A DNA stretch of 64,000 nucleotides from Longimicrobiales bacterium (GTDB lineage: Bacteria; Gemmatimonadota; Gemmatimonadetes; Longimicrobiales; Gaopeijiaceae): NCBI GenBank assembly GCA_041690395.1, contig JAWLHJ010000005.1:352001-416000 (forward strand). The letters run 5' to 3'. Positions 9,180-19,618 of the stretch are shown piece by piece; position 1 is the first letter of the stretch, and the number at the start of each line of letters is the position of its first letter. The position numbers and the translations under genes were made by a program. The notes under the pieces were generated by a model. That model worked only from the letters and a program-made list of their open reading frames with translations, searched no databases and was not told the origin of the DNA.

Positions 9180-10454
9180 ATGCCCCATCGAGCCCGTTCC
9201 GTCCTGCCCCTCGGCCTCCTGGTGGCGTTCGGCGCCCTGGCCCTCGGCGGGTGCGAGTCGATCTCCGGACCGGGCGACCCCGACGGCCCGCCACCGGAGA
9301 TCACCCGGCTGCCACGCCCGTTGACGGCCACCGAGACCGAGGCGCTCGGCGCGAGCAACCGCTTCGGGCTCGACCTGCTCGACGTGATCCTCACCGACGC
9401 CCCGGGCGAGACCCACTTCCTGTCGCCGCTCAGCGCGTCGATGGCGCTCGGTATGGCGCTCAACGGCGCCGACGGAGAGACCCTCGACCGCATGCGGGAG
9501 ACGCTCCGCTTCGGCGGTCTCGAGGAGGAGGAGATCAACGACGCGTATCTCGGACTCCTCGATCTGCTCGACGACCTCGACCCCCGAGTCTCCTTCCAGA
9601 TCGCCAACGCGATCTGGTACCGGGACGGCCTCATTCCGCGTCCGGGCTTCGTCTCACGGGTGACGGAGCATTTCCGGGCGGCCGTCGAGGGCGTCGACTT
9701 CGGCGACCCGTCGGCCGCCGAGGAGATCAACGCGTGGGTCGAGGGGGCGACCGAGGGACGCATCGAGGACATGGTCAAGCCGCCGATCCCCGGCAACGTG
9801 GTCGCCATGCTTTTGAACGCCATCCACTTCAAGGGTGACTGGCGGGAGCAGTTCGATGTGGCCCAGACCAGGGAGGCGCCCTTCCACGGGCCCGGCGGTC
9901 CCGCGGGTACGGTGCAGCTCATGGACCAGGACGAGGAGTTCCGGTCCCACTTCACGCCGTCGTATGCCGCGGTCGAACTCCCCTACGGTGGGGGCGCGTT
10001 CGTGATGGACGTGATCGTGCCTGTCGGGGATGCGTCGGTGGCCGGGGTCCTGGACGAGCTCGCGGATGGCGGATGGAACGATCTCACCGATCAGCTCGCG
10101 GCCCGGTCCCCGAGCCGTGTTCGCGTCCTGTTGCCGCGCTTCGAACTCGAGTGGGAGCGCACACTCAACGACGACCTCACCCAGTTGGGGATGGGGATCG
10201 CGTTCGGGGGCGGGGCCGACTTCACCCGCATGTTCGAAGGCTCGAGCCCCTGGATCGACGAGGTGCGGCAGAAGAGCTTCGTCCGCGTCGACGAGGAGGG
10301 CACGGAGGCCGCAGCCGCGACCATCGTGGTCATGGTGGAATCCGCCCCGCCCGAAGTGCGGGCGGACCGTCCCTTCCTCTTCGCGATCCGGGAGCGGCTC
10401 TCCGGCACGATCCTCTTCCTGGCCTCGGTGATGCAGCCGCCGGCCGCGCCCTGA
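9180..10454 (+). CDS. Serpin family protease inhibitor, lipoprotein
   Basis: Lipobox LALGGC; SPLSASMAL, LNAIHFKGDW, ELPY, LPRF, hinge DEEGTEAAAAT, ADRPFLFAI. Confidence 0.95.
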   Translation: MPHRARSVLPLGLLVAFGALALGGCESISGPGDPDGPPPEITRLPRPLTATETEALGASNRFGLDLLDVILTDAPGETHFLSPLSASMALGMALNGADGETLDRMRETLRFGGLEEEEINDAYLGLLDLLDDLDPRVSFQIANAIWYRDGLIPRPGFVSRVTEHFRAAVEGVDFGDPSAAEEINAWVEGATEGRIEDMVKPPIPGNVVAMLLNAIHFKGDWREQFDVAQTREAPFHGPGGPAGTVQLMDQDEEFRSHFTPSYAAVELPYGGGAFVMDVIVPVGDASVAGVLDELADGGWNDLTDQLAARSPSRVRVLLPRFELEWERTLNDDLTQLGMGIAFGGGADFTRMFEGSSPWIDEVRQKSFVRVDEEGTEAAAATIVVMVESAPPEVRADRPFLFAIRERLSGTILFLASVMQPPAAP

Positions 10455-10455
10455 T

Positions 10456-11097
10456 TCAGGGGCTGCCGTCCGACCACGCCGCGACGGGCACGACCAGATA
10501 GTTGAAGATCCGTCCCAGGTGGGTCACCGTGACCGAGCCCCCCTCCGGGAGCGCCATCGCCTCGTTGGAAAAGGCCGGGTGGAAGATCATCACGTGCGGG
10601 CGCCAGGCGCCGACCGCCGGCCCCTCGGGCGTGGCGTGGAGCCTCTGGCCCCTGGAGAGCATGGTCGTGTAGACGGGCCGCTCCGGCTCGGCGAGCGCGC
10701 CGGTCACATACAGCGCCTCGACGGAGTCGACGGCCGCGCGGTAGGGTAGCCCCGCCGCGCGTAGCTGCTCGATCCGGCGCACGCCCGGGACCAGCGTCCG
10801 CGTGCCCTCGGGGTCGTAGTAGATGGGCGCCAGGCTCTCCGGATGGTCGCGCTCGACCAGGCACGTCCATCCGTTGGTGCCGCGTGCATGAAGCCGGAAT
10901 CCGTCCTCCGCCAGGACCCAGACGTCGGCGTGATCGGAGATGTCCGCAGTGGCCGCGGACCGCGCGAGGGCGGCCTCCTCCGCAGGATCGAGCAGGGGCA
11001 GGGGCGTACGTTGCGCGTGGGCGTGTGCCGGCGCGATGAGCAGAAGCAGGGCTCCCGTCGTGATGACTCGCGCGAGTAGTCGGGGTGGGCGTGGCAT
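10456..11097 (-). CDS. Secreted hypothetical protein
   Basis: Signal peptide ending AHAHA; GTNGWTCLVER and WRPHVMIF motifs; fills the gap between neighbours. Confidence 0.7.
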   Translation of the reverse strand: MPRPPRLLARVITTGALLLLIAPAHAHAQRTPLPLLDPAEEAALARSAATADISDHADVWVLAEDGFRLHARGTNGWTCLVERDHPESLAPIYYDPEGTRTLVPGVRRIEQLRAAGLPYRAAVDSVEALYVTGALAEPERPVYTTMLSRGQRLHATPEGPAVGAWRPHVMIFHPAFSNEAMALPEGGSVTVTHLGRIFNYLVVPVAAWSDGSP

Positions 11098-11166
11098 GGT
11101 CGAGAATCGACATGCCGGGCGTGCGGTACACCCGCGCGGGATCCCGCCTGCGGGACCTTCGGATAC

Positions 11167-14058
11167 TCAGGGCTGCGGCTCTACCGCAAAGAATCCGGTC
11201 ATCGTTCCGGTACTCTCGAACTCACCCGTCTCCGTCCCTATCGCACCGAAAGAGCTCACGGATGTCTGGATGAGAATCACGACACGGTCGGGTTGCTCCG
11301 GGTCGGACGGTGCCGCGAAGTCCAGGACCTGGTCCAGGGAGAGCGTCGGGTTGGACCCGCCGCACGTTCCCTGGATGGGCCCGGTGGAATCTTCGGGCGG
11401 GAGCACCTCGCCGCTGGGATTCACCCGGACCACGGTCACGCTCACGCCCGTCTGATCGGGGGACCCGAGCGAAACGGCGAAGTCACACGCGAGCTCAACC
11501 CGGAGCCGATGGCTCACGGCTTCGCCGATCTCCAGGTCGAATCGGGTCGCCAGGCTGAACCCGGCTCCCGCGGCGCTGGCGCGGATGCCGAACGGATCGC
11601 CCATGTCGACGGCGTTGGACCGTCCCAGAGTGGTGATGTCCAGATCCAGGCGGGTGCCGTCCACGGAGCCCGTGAGCGTTCCCTCGTAGCTCGCATCGGC
11701 GAAGAACGATGCGCTCACGCAGTCCTCCGAGCCTGGAGGCGCGTCCGCGAACGTCCCCGAGGCGCTCAGCGCGTGTGCGAGGGTTTCGGACCGGTCGACC
11801 CAGACGTGCTCCTGGGCCGCAGGCACGGTCGGATCGATGCCCTCTTCCGACAGCGTGATGTCCTCGAACTCTTCGTCCAGGTCGGGGTTGCCACAGGATC
11901 CGGGCGAAGCGAAGGGAAACGTGATCTCGGTGAACGCCAGGTGGTACGCGGCGAGCCCGGCACAGAGACCGTAGCGGAGGGTCACCCGGTCTTCGACCTC
12001 GGGGTTCTCGGCCACATAGGCGCGGATGGTGACCGTGCCGCTGCCCGAGGCCGGCGCCTGGTAATCGACGGCCTCGCCCGTGGGGGCGGACAGCGTACCC
12101 GCTCCGGATTCGATCTCCCAGCTCACGGTGATCTGACCGGGCCCGCCGGCGAGCGCGGTGAGCGGCTGGACCTCACCAGGCGCCATGCAGGCGCTGCGCG
12201 GCGAGATCTCGATATGCTCGTCCACGAAGATGTCGAGTGTCCCCAAGCGTTCCGGTGTCACCGGGGGAAGCTCCTTCGACGTGCTGCGGGCGGTGATGGA
12301 GGTCGGATAGAGATCCCGGTCGTGCGGGGTGGCCAACTCGATGGTGAACACGCCGTCGGCGAACGTGGGAACGACGGCTCCCAGCTCCGGATCGGGGATG
12401 ACTTCCACGTCCTCGGGTCCCGCGTGGCGCGCGTTGTCGATCCGGAACTTCACGGTGCTGGTCTCGCCCGGGTTCTCCACGAGGAGGGTGGAAGGAATCC
12501 AGACGACCTCCTTTCGCAGCACCTCCATGGGCCGGTCCTCGAAGCCGAAGGGGCTGGGGAAGGCTTCCTCCTGGGTGCGCACGCGCAAGGTGGCCGGCCC
12601 GATCCGGAGCGGATTCAGCTTCCGCATGTCCGCTCCGTCGATCTCGAAGGCATCACCCTCCAGGACCTCGGCCCGGACCCACTCGTCCCCGGAGTCGTCG
12701 GGCACGACCACCGGCCCGAACTCGGTAGCGTCGACGGACCAGCATTCTGCGCTGGGCTCCTGGTCGAGCTCGTCGAGGCGCGCGTTGAGGGCCTCCTTGG
12801 CCGCGATGTCCACCGCGCCCACCGCCGTGTTGGCCACGGCGCCGCGGAACGCCGGTGGGAGCCCAACCGCCGTGGTGATGAAGTCGAGACCGGTGCGCGC
12901 CAGGCCCATCCCATTGTTCGACGCCCAGATCTTCGCGAAGGACCAGCGGATCTCCGGGTCGCCCCGCTCCGTGTCCCAGTCCTCCTCGACGCGGTCCTGG
13001 GGTAGCTGGAACTCGAGACGCGTGATGGCGCCGGGATACAGGTTCGCTCGCATCTGCTGAAGGACGGAGGCGCCGAAGGCCACCCAGCCGGCCACCTGAC
13101 CGACCACCGGCACGGCGAGCCCCATCACCGCGAACGCCGTACCCACGTCCGAGATGGTGCTCTTGAGAGGGCCGAGGCTGTCGTCGGCTCCTCGCGCCGC
13201 CTTCAGGTAGTCGCTCAGGGTTTGTGGGTCGTCCAGGCCGAACCAGTCGGGCGGCACGGATCCGAGGGACGTGCAGGTGCCGAGGTGCGAGCTCAGCGCC
13301 GGCGCGTCGGCGGGCGCGGCGCTGGTTGCTGCCGGTCCGCTCGATGCGGGCAGCGCCGGCAGCGCCTCCAGGCCGTTCAGGGCCGCCGCGAGGTCCATCC
13401 GGGCCAGCAACGCCTGGGTGAAGGCCGCCTCGGAAGCGCTCATCTCCGCGAGCTCGGAGGCGGGATCGAACGCATCGATAGCCTCGAACAACAACGCTAC
13501 CGGCACGGCCTCCGGCGACAGCTCCGCCAGGCTGGCCTGCATGAGCTCGGTCCGTGTCGAGCCGACCTGCGCCGCGAGCCACTCGGCCTGAGCCTCCAGG
13601 GCAGCCTCGAGGTCGCCAAGGGGATCGCCTTCCGCGGCTTCGATGGGAAGCACCTCGATCTCGAGGGGCTCACAGGAACGCTGTCCGTCGGTCACACGGA
13701 GAAGGAGCGTCCCACCCCCCATGAGGTCGTCGGGATTCGCCGGCACCGCGATCTCGGCCCCACCGGTCTCTGCCGCGAAGAGCGCGGTGATCCCGGTCGC
13801 CCCGCCCTCGGACTCGTACTCGACCCACGCCTCGCCGACGATGTCCTCGATTCCCGTCACCGCGACGCGCTCGAACGGCTCGGCGGCCGCAGCGCCCAGG
13901 GCGGCGTCCGTGCAGTAGGCCACGGGGGGCGTCGGATCGTCTCCGGGCGGGTCCGTGTTGGGCGGATCGTCAACCGAGGATGGGGAGTCTCCGCAGGCGC
14001 TGAGCAGTGTGGTTACCGCGAGGATCGCCGGGGCCAGGAAACGGGGGGGACGTCGCAT
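11167..14058 (-). CDS. Large acidic lipoprotein with an Ig-like domain
   Basis: Lipobox TLLSAC after ATG 14058; Ig-like segment (ISPRSAC..VSWEIESGAGTLS..YQAP..VTIRA). Confidence 0.75.
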   Translation of the reverse strand: MRRPPRFLAPAILAVTTLLSACGDSPSSVDDPPNTDPPGDDPTPPVAYCTDAALGAAAAEPFERVAVTGIEDIVGEAWVEYESEGGATGITALFAAETGGAEIAVPANPDDLMGGGTLLLRVTDGQRSCEPLEIEVLPIEAAEGDPLGDLEAALEAQAEWLAAQVGSTRTELMQASLAELSPEAVPVALLFEAIDAFDPASELAEMSASEAAFTQALLARMDLAAALNGLEALPALPASSGPAATSAAPADAPALSSHLGTCTSLGSVPPDWFGLDDPQTLSDYLKAARGADDSLGPLKSTISDVGTAFAVMGLAVPVVGQVAGWVAFGASVLQQMRANLYPGAITRLEFQLPQDRVEEDWDTERGDPEIRWSFAKIWASNNGMGLARTGLDFITTAVGLPPAFRGAVANTAVGAVDIAAKEALNARLDELDQEPSAECWSVDATEFGPVVVPDDSGDEWVRAEVLEGDAFEIDGADMRKLNPLRIGPATLRVRTQEEAFPSPFGFEDRPMEVLRKEVVWIPSTLLVENPGETSTVKFRIDNARHAGPEDVEVIPDPELGAVVPTFADGVFTIELATPHDRDLYPTSITARSTSKELPPVTPERLGTLDIFVDEHIEISPRSACMAPGEVQPLTALAGGPGQITVSWEIESGAGTLSAPTGEAVDYQAPASGSGTVTIRAYVAENPEVEDRVTLRYGLCAGLAAYHLAFTEITFPFASPGSCGNPDLDEEFEDITLSEEGIDPTVPAAQEHVWVDRSETLAHALSASGTFADAPPGSEDCVSASFFADASYEGTLTGSVDGTRLDLDITTLGRSNAVDMGDPFGIRASAAGAGFSLATRFDLEIGEAVSHRLRVELACDFAVSLGSPDQTGVSVTVVRVNPSGEVLPPEDSTGPIQGTCGGSNPTLSLDQVLDFAAPSDPEQPDRVVILIQTSVSSFGAIGTETGEFESTGTMTGFFAVEPQP

Positions 14059-14352
14059 GGCGAGACAGGGGCTGAGGTGGACATTCCGTCGCTCAGGCGC
14101 CGGGCTCCACTTCAGGAAGCGCAACCACGCAAAACAATAGAGGCCCGAACGCCCTCATCGGTCCGGATCCCAAGGTAGGGGGCGGGTTCTATGCGTGCAA
14201 CAATACCCCGCCCGAGACCCGTCCTCATCGCGCGCTGGACCTCGTAGTCGACGCGGGGCCGGCGTTTGTGCTCGTCCCCTTGTGCGTCGGGCTTGCGACC
14301 CCTACCGGTGAATGCCGGGTCGGGCCCCGGGCGACTCCAACTCAGAGGGAAG

Positions 14353-15003
14353 ATGAGCCAGCCATGGAAGGTGGGTGTCCTGCTCACCCTCGCCGTCGCC
14401 TTCCCCGGCGCGGAGCTCCGCGGCCAGGCCATCCAGGAGGTCCTGACGCCGGAGATGGAGATCTCCCGGGGCTACGAGACATGGTCCCTCTTCCTCGTCT
14501 GCAATCCCGAGTGGGCCAGCCCCGACGCGTTCGAGCGCATCGAGGACATGTGGAACGCCTTCACGGGATTCGGACGAGCCATCGGGGACGACCACCTCGC
14601 GGTATGGTTCTGGCGGCAGGACCCGAGGTGGGGCACCGAGCAGCTCGTGGAGGACGTGGACGTCGAGCGGGCCGCACGCTTCTGCGACCTGTACGACCTG
14701 ATGCCGAGCCGAAGCCCCCACGTCCTGGTGACCACCTCCTACCCGACCCCGGACGAGCGGGTGGAGGAGTACGGGACGGTCCAGCTGGCGGGCGCCGAGC
14801 CCGCCGAGATCCGCCAGTTCCTGATCTCCCTGGCGGACGCGCTCTACGCGGGCGACATCGCGAGCCTCGACCCCGCGACCGAGACGTTCTGGTTCCGCCT
14901 CTTCGAGGCGATCCGCGCGCCGATCCGTCGGCTGGGCGAAGACGTCTCCGTCTCCATCGAGTCCGGGCCGCTGAGCCTCCGCTGGTCGGGCGGCGGCCGG
15001 TAG
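14353..15003 (+). CDS. Secreted hypothetical protein
   Basis: Signal-like N-terminus after GAGGGA RBS; normal globular composition. Confidence 0.7.
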   Translation: MSQPWKVGVLLTLAVAFPGAELRGQAIQEVLTPEMEISRGYETWSLFLVCNPEWASPDAFERIEDMWNAFTGFGRAIGDDHLAVWFWRQDPRWGTEQLVEDVDVERAARFCDLYDLMPSRSPHVLVTTSYPTPDERVEEYGTVQLAGAEPAEIRQFLISLADALYAGDIASLDPATETFWFRLFEAIRAPIRRLGEDVSVSIESGPLSLRWSGGGR

Positions 15004-15017
15004 CGGGCCCCGCCACG

Positions 15018-15275
15018 ATGGCGATCACGCGCTGGCACTACGGGAAGCTGATCCTCCTGTGGACGTGGGGAGCCCTCGCCGTGGTGGTGCTCTTCTACGT
15101 GGCCACCGATCTGGAGCCGGACGGCCGCGACTCCGTCACCTCCATCTTCGGCCTCGTCCTGATCGCGTGCATGATCGCGATTCCGGCGGCGCTCTCCGTC
15201 GTGACCTGGAAGTGGCTCGGCGGGAGGGAGCGGGGCTTGGACGACGAGCCGCCCTCGGAGCAGGGCCCGGCCTGA
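15018..15275 (+). CDS. Small two-TM membrane protein
   Basis: MAITRWHYGKLILLWTWG...; only the 3' end of the 335-aa ORF looks protein-like. Confidence 0.65.
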   Translation: MAITRWHYGKLILLWTWGALAVVVLFYVATDLEPDGRDSVTSIFGLVLIACMIAIPAALSVVTWKWLGGRERGLDDEPPSEQGPA

Positions 15276-15299
15276 ACGGAGACCTCCGCCCTCAGGTCG

Positions 15300-16220
15300 C
15301 TACTGCTTCTCTCCGTACCCTACCAGCACGCCCGTCGCCCCCGAACCTTCGCGATGCGCGACCACGAAGAGCATCCGCTCGTCAGCCTCGTGTCGGGCCC
15401 ACAGCGATCCGTGCTCCTCCGCGCCGTTGCGGACCCGGTGCTCGACCTTCACCTCGTACCCCTCCGCCTCGAGCGCCTCGAGGTAGGAGGCGAGAAGCTC
15501 CGACGCACCGCTCTCGGACTCCCATGCGACGGCACCCAGCCGCCCCCTGTCCGAGTCCAGCGAAAGGACCGGCGTCGCCCGGCCGGGCACGTCGCCGAAG
15601 CTTCCGACCCAATCGGGCATGCTCGACGCGTTGTCGCCGAACGCGGCCACGGCCTGGCCCTCGTCGGTGTGGATCCGGATCTGCCCGCCGTCGTCTCCGT
15701 CGACGAACTCGACGCGCACCCGGCCCTCGTCCGAATCGATGGTGAGCAGCCCGCCCTGGTCCGTGCGGGCCAGATCGAACGCGATGCGGCCTTCGTCCGA
15801 GCTGATGCTGAGCGATGCCACCTCCTGCGTCTCCGCGGTCGATGGATCGGGATGGGTCTGGCCGTCGGTGGTCTCGAGCGGCGCCGACATCGCTCTCAGG
15901 ACCTCGGCCGGTCCGTCACCACCTTCCACGCCGGAAAGCAGGGCCACGCCCCGTTCCGGGCGCAGGGAGACGAGGTCCTCGGCCGTGGCCAGGCGTGCCG
16001 CCATCCTGGCCAGGGCCACGTTCGGCGCCGCGCCCAGCTCGCGGGTCACCACGTTCCGGATCTCGTGCCGTACCTCGTTCGCCACCTTGTAGGCGACGAA
16101 CCCCGCGCCCAGCGTCCCCACCAGGGCGAAGAAGCCCAGCGCCACGAAGACCCACCCCAGCGGGGAAAGGCCCCGGCCCGCTCTCGATCCAGTGACCGCG
16201 ATCTCGAATTCATCGTGCAT
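15300..16220 (-). CDS. Membrane-anchored hypothetical protein
   Basis: Single N-terminal TM helix followed by an acidic soluble region. Confidence 0.7.
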   Translation of the reverse strand: MHDEFEIAVTGSRAGRGLSPLGWVFVALGFFALVGTLGAGFVAYKVANEVRHEIRNVVTRELGAAPNVALARMAARLATAEDLVSLRPERGVALLSGVEGGDGPAEVLRAMSAPLETTDGQTHPDPSTAETQEVASLSISSDEGRIAFDLARTDQGGLLTIDSDEGRVRVEFVDGDDGGQIRIHTDEGQAVAAFGDNASSMPDWVGSFGDVPGRATPVLSLDSDRGRLGAVAWESESGASELLASYLEALEAEGYEVKVEHRVRNGAEEHGSLWARHEADERMLFVVAHREGSGATGVLVGYGEKQ

Positions 16221-16390
16221 CGATCGTCTCCCCCGTCATCGTTCCTCGACCCCTCGCGTCCACTCCCTACGGGTCGGGCGGTGTCGAAGATTCGCCCGCA
16301 TGAGGCAGATGCCCGGGCGCCCGGGAGCGGTGCCCGGACGCCCCGGGGAGTGCAGGGGGATCTTGCTGACGGGGGCGGCGCCCCGCGTCC

Positions 16391-16825
16391 TCAGATCCTC
16401 TGGTGGTCGGCTCTCCAGTTCCGCACGGCCGCCTTGATCGACTTCCGGTCCGCGAGCTCGCCGTCGAGGACGCGCCGCACCAGGCCCTCGAGCTCGTCGT
16501 CCGACGTGAAGCGCAGCCCGACGATGTGGTCGGTCGAGATCTCGTCGATGCGGCCGCGGAGGTCGTCGGGGAGCCGCTGCATGCGGATCCGCTCTTCCAG
16601 GCGGATGACCCGGTCCTGCACGCCCAGCGGGAACGCGCGGGCGAAGAATGCGGCCAGGAGCACCCCGATTGCGAATACGAGCGTCATCAGGGCGCCCAAC
16701 GAGAACCCGGTGACGGCCACATAGGCGAAGTAGATGGTGGGCACGAGGAGGAACGACATGGTCCAGTAGTGATACAGCGGCACCATCTTCGCGTGGCTGG
16801 CGAAGCTCTGAGACGTCTCGGGCAT
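16391..16825 (-). CDS. DUF6526-like membrane protein
   Basis: QSFASHAKMVPLYHY, QDRVIRLEE, GLRFTSDDEL, IKAAVRNWRADHQRI. Confidence 0.8.
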   Translation of the reverse strand: MPETSQSFASHAKMVPLYHYWTMSFLLVPTIYFAYVAVTGFSLGALMTLVFAIGVLLAAFFARAFPLGVQDRVIRLEERIRMQRLPDDLRGRIDEISTDHIVGLRFTSDDELEGLVRRVLDGELADRKSIKAAVRNWRADHQRI

Positions 16826-16844
16826 GGGGCTCTCCAGGGGTCGG

Positions 16845-17651
16845 TCAGGCGATGAGCTCGCCGGGCAACTCGGTCTCGACGACGTCACTACCCTCCAGCG
16901 CGACGTGATAGACACGCGCGTCCTCCCGCGTCTTCACCACGCGCCGCACCTCGTTGTCCACGAAGTGGATGCCCGCGTCGTTGTCGCACGCATACCCGGG
17001 CTTCAGCTCCCCCGACGCGATCATGCGGTGGTACGTGGGGCGGCGTACGGCCTCGGCGTCGTAGTGGGGCGAGTGGCTCCCCCGCAGGAATCCCAGGCAC
17101 TCGACCTTGGTGACCTCCTGCGGCCGTGAATCGGTCGTGCCCTCCTCGAACCAGCAGAGAGAGCCCGCGCTCGCGCCCCCGAGCACGATCCCCCGGTTCC
17201 ACGCCTCGCGCAGCACCTCGTCGATGCCCTGGGCGCGCCAGATGGCCTGCTGGTTCAGCGTGTTTCCTCCGGATACCACGATGCCGTCCACCGACAGGAA
17301 GATCTCCTCCCAGCTCCGGTCCGTGCGGTAGCTGCTGATGAAGCTCTCCTGGGCCGACGGCTCGACGTCGAGGGGCGCGCAGTACTCGTACCACCGGATG
17401 ATGCCCGACTCGCGGTCGGCCGATGCGGTCGGCAGGTAGCAGAGCTTCGGCCGCTCCTGGCCGGTGAGCTCGGCCATGTAGCGGATGAAGGCCGTGCCGA
17501 ATCCACCGCCGGCGATGAGGATCTGGCGCGGGACGGGCTGGTGGTCGGGGCGTCCGGCCGCCCCGGTGCCGGCTGCGGTGGCGGTCGTGACGCCGGTGGT
17601 CAGGCCGAGGCCGGCCGCGGCGGAGGAGGCCAGGAATTCACGTCGGAGCAT
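16845..17651 (-). CDS. Peptidase E (S51 family), Tat-exported
   Basis: LRREFL Tat motif; YLPTAS, VSGGNT, GGASAGS, SPHYD. Confidence 0.9.
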   Translation of the reverse strand: MLRREFLASSAAAGLGLTTGVTTATAAGTGAAGRPDHQPVPRQILIAGGGFGTAFIRYMAELTGQERPKLCYLPTASADRESGIIRWYEYCAPLDVEPSAQESFISSYRTDRSWEEIFLSVDGIVVSGGNTLNQQAIWRAQGIDEVLREAWNRGIVLGGASAGSLCWFEEGTTDSRPQEVTKVECLGFLRGSHSPHYDAEAVRRPTYHRMIASGELKPGYACDNDAGIHFVDNEVRRVVKTREDARVYHVALEGSDVVETELPGELIA

Positions 17652-17776
17652 CGGAAGGTCCTCATGGATACGGGGCAGGGCGGTGCGACGATCAACATCC
17701 GGTTCCGGGTATCGCGTGGCAAGCCGCGCGGGCCTATGCTTGCACCATGACTCCCACCTCTTCCTTGCGCCCAGCC

Positions 17777-19618
17777 ATGCGTCACGTTCTCCCGCTCCTC
17801 ACCGTGCTCCTCCTGATTCCGGCGTCGTTGCGGGGCCAGGCTCAGGACCCGGTTCGGTACGAGATCAGCTTCCCGAACCGTGCCCATCACGAGGCCGAGA
17901 TCCGCGTCACCTTTCCCGACCTGGATCCGGGCCCTCTCGAGGTCCGCATGAGTCGGACGTCGCCTGGACGATATGCGCTCCACGAGTTCGCCAAGAACGT
18001 TTACGGGGTGCGGGCGACGGGCGTCGACGGCCGCGAGGTCGTGGTCACGCGCCCGAACCCCCATCAGTGGGACGTGACGGAGCACGGCGGCGAGGTGACC
18101 CTGACGTACACCCTCTACGGGGACCGGGCGGACGGCACCTACACGGGCATCGACCGGACCCACGGGCACCTGAACATGCCGGCGACGTTCATGTGGGCGC
18201 GGGGGCTCGAGGCGAGACCCATCGAGCTCAGCGTGACGGTGCCGGAGGGGAGCGGCTGGCAGGTCGCGACGCAGCTGGTCGAGACGGACGATCCGTACCG
18301 ATTCACCGCGCCGGACCTAGCCTACTTCCTCGACAGCCCGACCGAGGTCTCGAGCTTGTGGCTCGAGCGCTGGCCGGTGACCGGGGCGACGGGAGGGGCG
18401 CGGCAGGCCGTGCGGGTGGCACTGCATCACGACGGCACGGAAGCCGACGCGGAGCGCTACGCCCGCGACGTGGCCGCCATCGTGGAAGCCTCGAAGGACG
18501 TGTACGGTGAGATGCCGCGCTTCGACTACGGGACCTACACGTTCCTGGCGGATTACCTGCCCTGGGTGGCCGGGGACGGCATGGAGCACCGGAACTCCAC
18601 CATCGTCTCGAACACGAGCTCGCTGGCCGAGAATCGCCTGGGCATCCTGGGGACGGTCGCCCACGAATTCTTCCATGCGTGGAGCATCGAGCGGATCCGG
18701 CCGGCGACCCTGGAGCCGTTCGACTTCGAGGAAGCGAACATGTCGCGGGAGCTCTGGTTCGGCGAAGGGTTCACGAGCTACTACGACGACCTGATTCTCT
18801 GGCGGGCCGGGCTCATCGACGACGGCGAGTTCGCGGCGCGGATGGGCTCCATCGCCGAGGCCGTGACCTCGGCCCCGGGCCGGCGGTTCTTCTCGCCGGT
18901 CGAGATGAGCATGCAGGCTCCGTTCGTCGACGCCGCCGTCTCCATCGATCCCCAGAACCGCGGCAACACGTTCCTGTCGTACTACACGTGGGGCTCGGGC
19001 GTGGCCCTCGGTCTCGACCTCACGCTGCGCAGGCGCTTCGAGGGCGTGACGCTCGACCACCTGATGCGCGAGATGTGGCGTGCCCACGGATCTCCGGAGA
19101 TCCCGTACGACGTGGACGACGTGGAGGCCGCGCTGGCACGCGTCACCGGGGACGCCGCGTTCGCCGCCGACTTCTTCCGTCGCTTCGTGCGCGGCCGCGA
19201 AGCACCCGACTACGGCGCGCTGCTCCGCGAGGCGGGCATCGCCTGGGAGCCGGCGCGTCCCGGTGCGGCCTGGATCGGACCGCTCCAGCTGCGGGCCGAC
19301 CCCGACGGTGCGGTGGTGAACGGGACGCCGCGCCTCGGGAGCCCCCTGTACGAGGCGGGACTCGACCGGAACGCCCGGATCCTCGATCTGGACGGCCGAC
19401 CGGTGACGTCGGCCGACGAGGTCGCGGCCGTGCTGGCCGAACACGGTCCCGGCGACCGGATTCCGGTCCGGTTCCGGAGCCGGGGCACGGAGCACCAGGC
19501 CGAGCTCCTGCTCGAGGAGGACCCGGCCCGCCGGGGCGTCCTGCTCCCGGCGGGGGAGCGGAGCGCGCAGCAGTCGGAGCGCCTGGAGTCGTGGCGAAGC
19601 CCTATCCGTGTCCCCTGA
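17777..19618 (+). CDS. M61 family metallopeptidase with C-terminal PDZ domain
   Basis: PGRY, DSPTE, GDGMEHRNST, AHEFFHAW..ERIRP, LWFGEGFTSYY, SYYTWG. Confidence 0.92.
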   Translation: MRHVLPLLTVLLLIPASLRGQAQDPVRYEISFPNRAHHEAEIRVTFPDLDPGPLEVRMSRTSPGRYALHEFAKNVYGVRATGVDGREVVVTRPNPHQWDVTEHGGEVTLTYTLYGDRADGTYTGIDRTHGHLNMPATFMWARGLEARPIELSVTVPEGSGWQVATQLVETDDPYRFTAPDLAYFLDSPTEVSSLWLERWPVTGATGGARQAVRVALHHDGTEADAERYARDVAAIVEASKDVYGEMPRFDYGTYTFLADYLPWVAGDGMEHRNSTIVSNTSSLAENRLGILGTVAHEFFHAWSIERIRPATLEPFDFEEANMSRELWFGEGFTSYYDDLILWRAGLIDDGEFAARMGSIAEAVTSAPGRRFFSPVEMSMQAPFVDAAVSIDPQNRGNTFLSYYTWGSGVALGLDLTLRRRFEGVTLDHLMREMWRAHGSPEIPYDVDDVEAALARVTGDAAFAADFFRRFVRGREAPDYGALLREAGIAWEPARPGAAWIGPLQLRADPDGAVVNGTPRLGSPLYEAGLDRNARILDLDGRPVTSADEVAAVLAEHGPGDRIPVRFRSRGTEHQAELLLEEDPARRGVLLPAGERSAQQSERLESWRSPIRVP

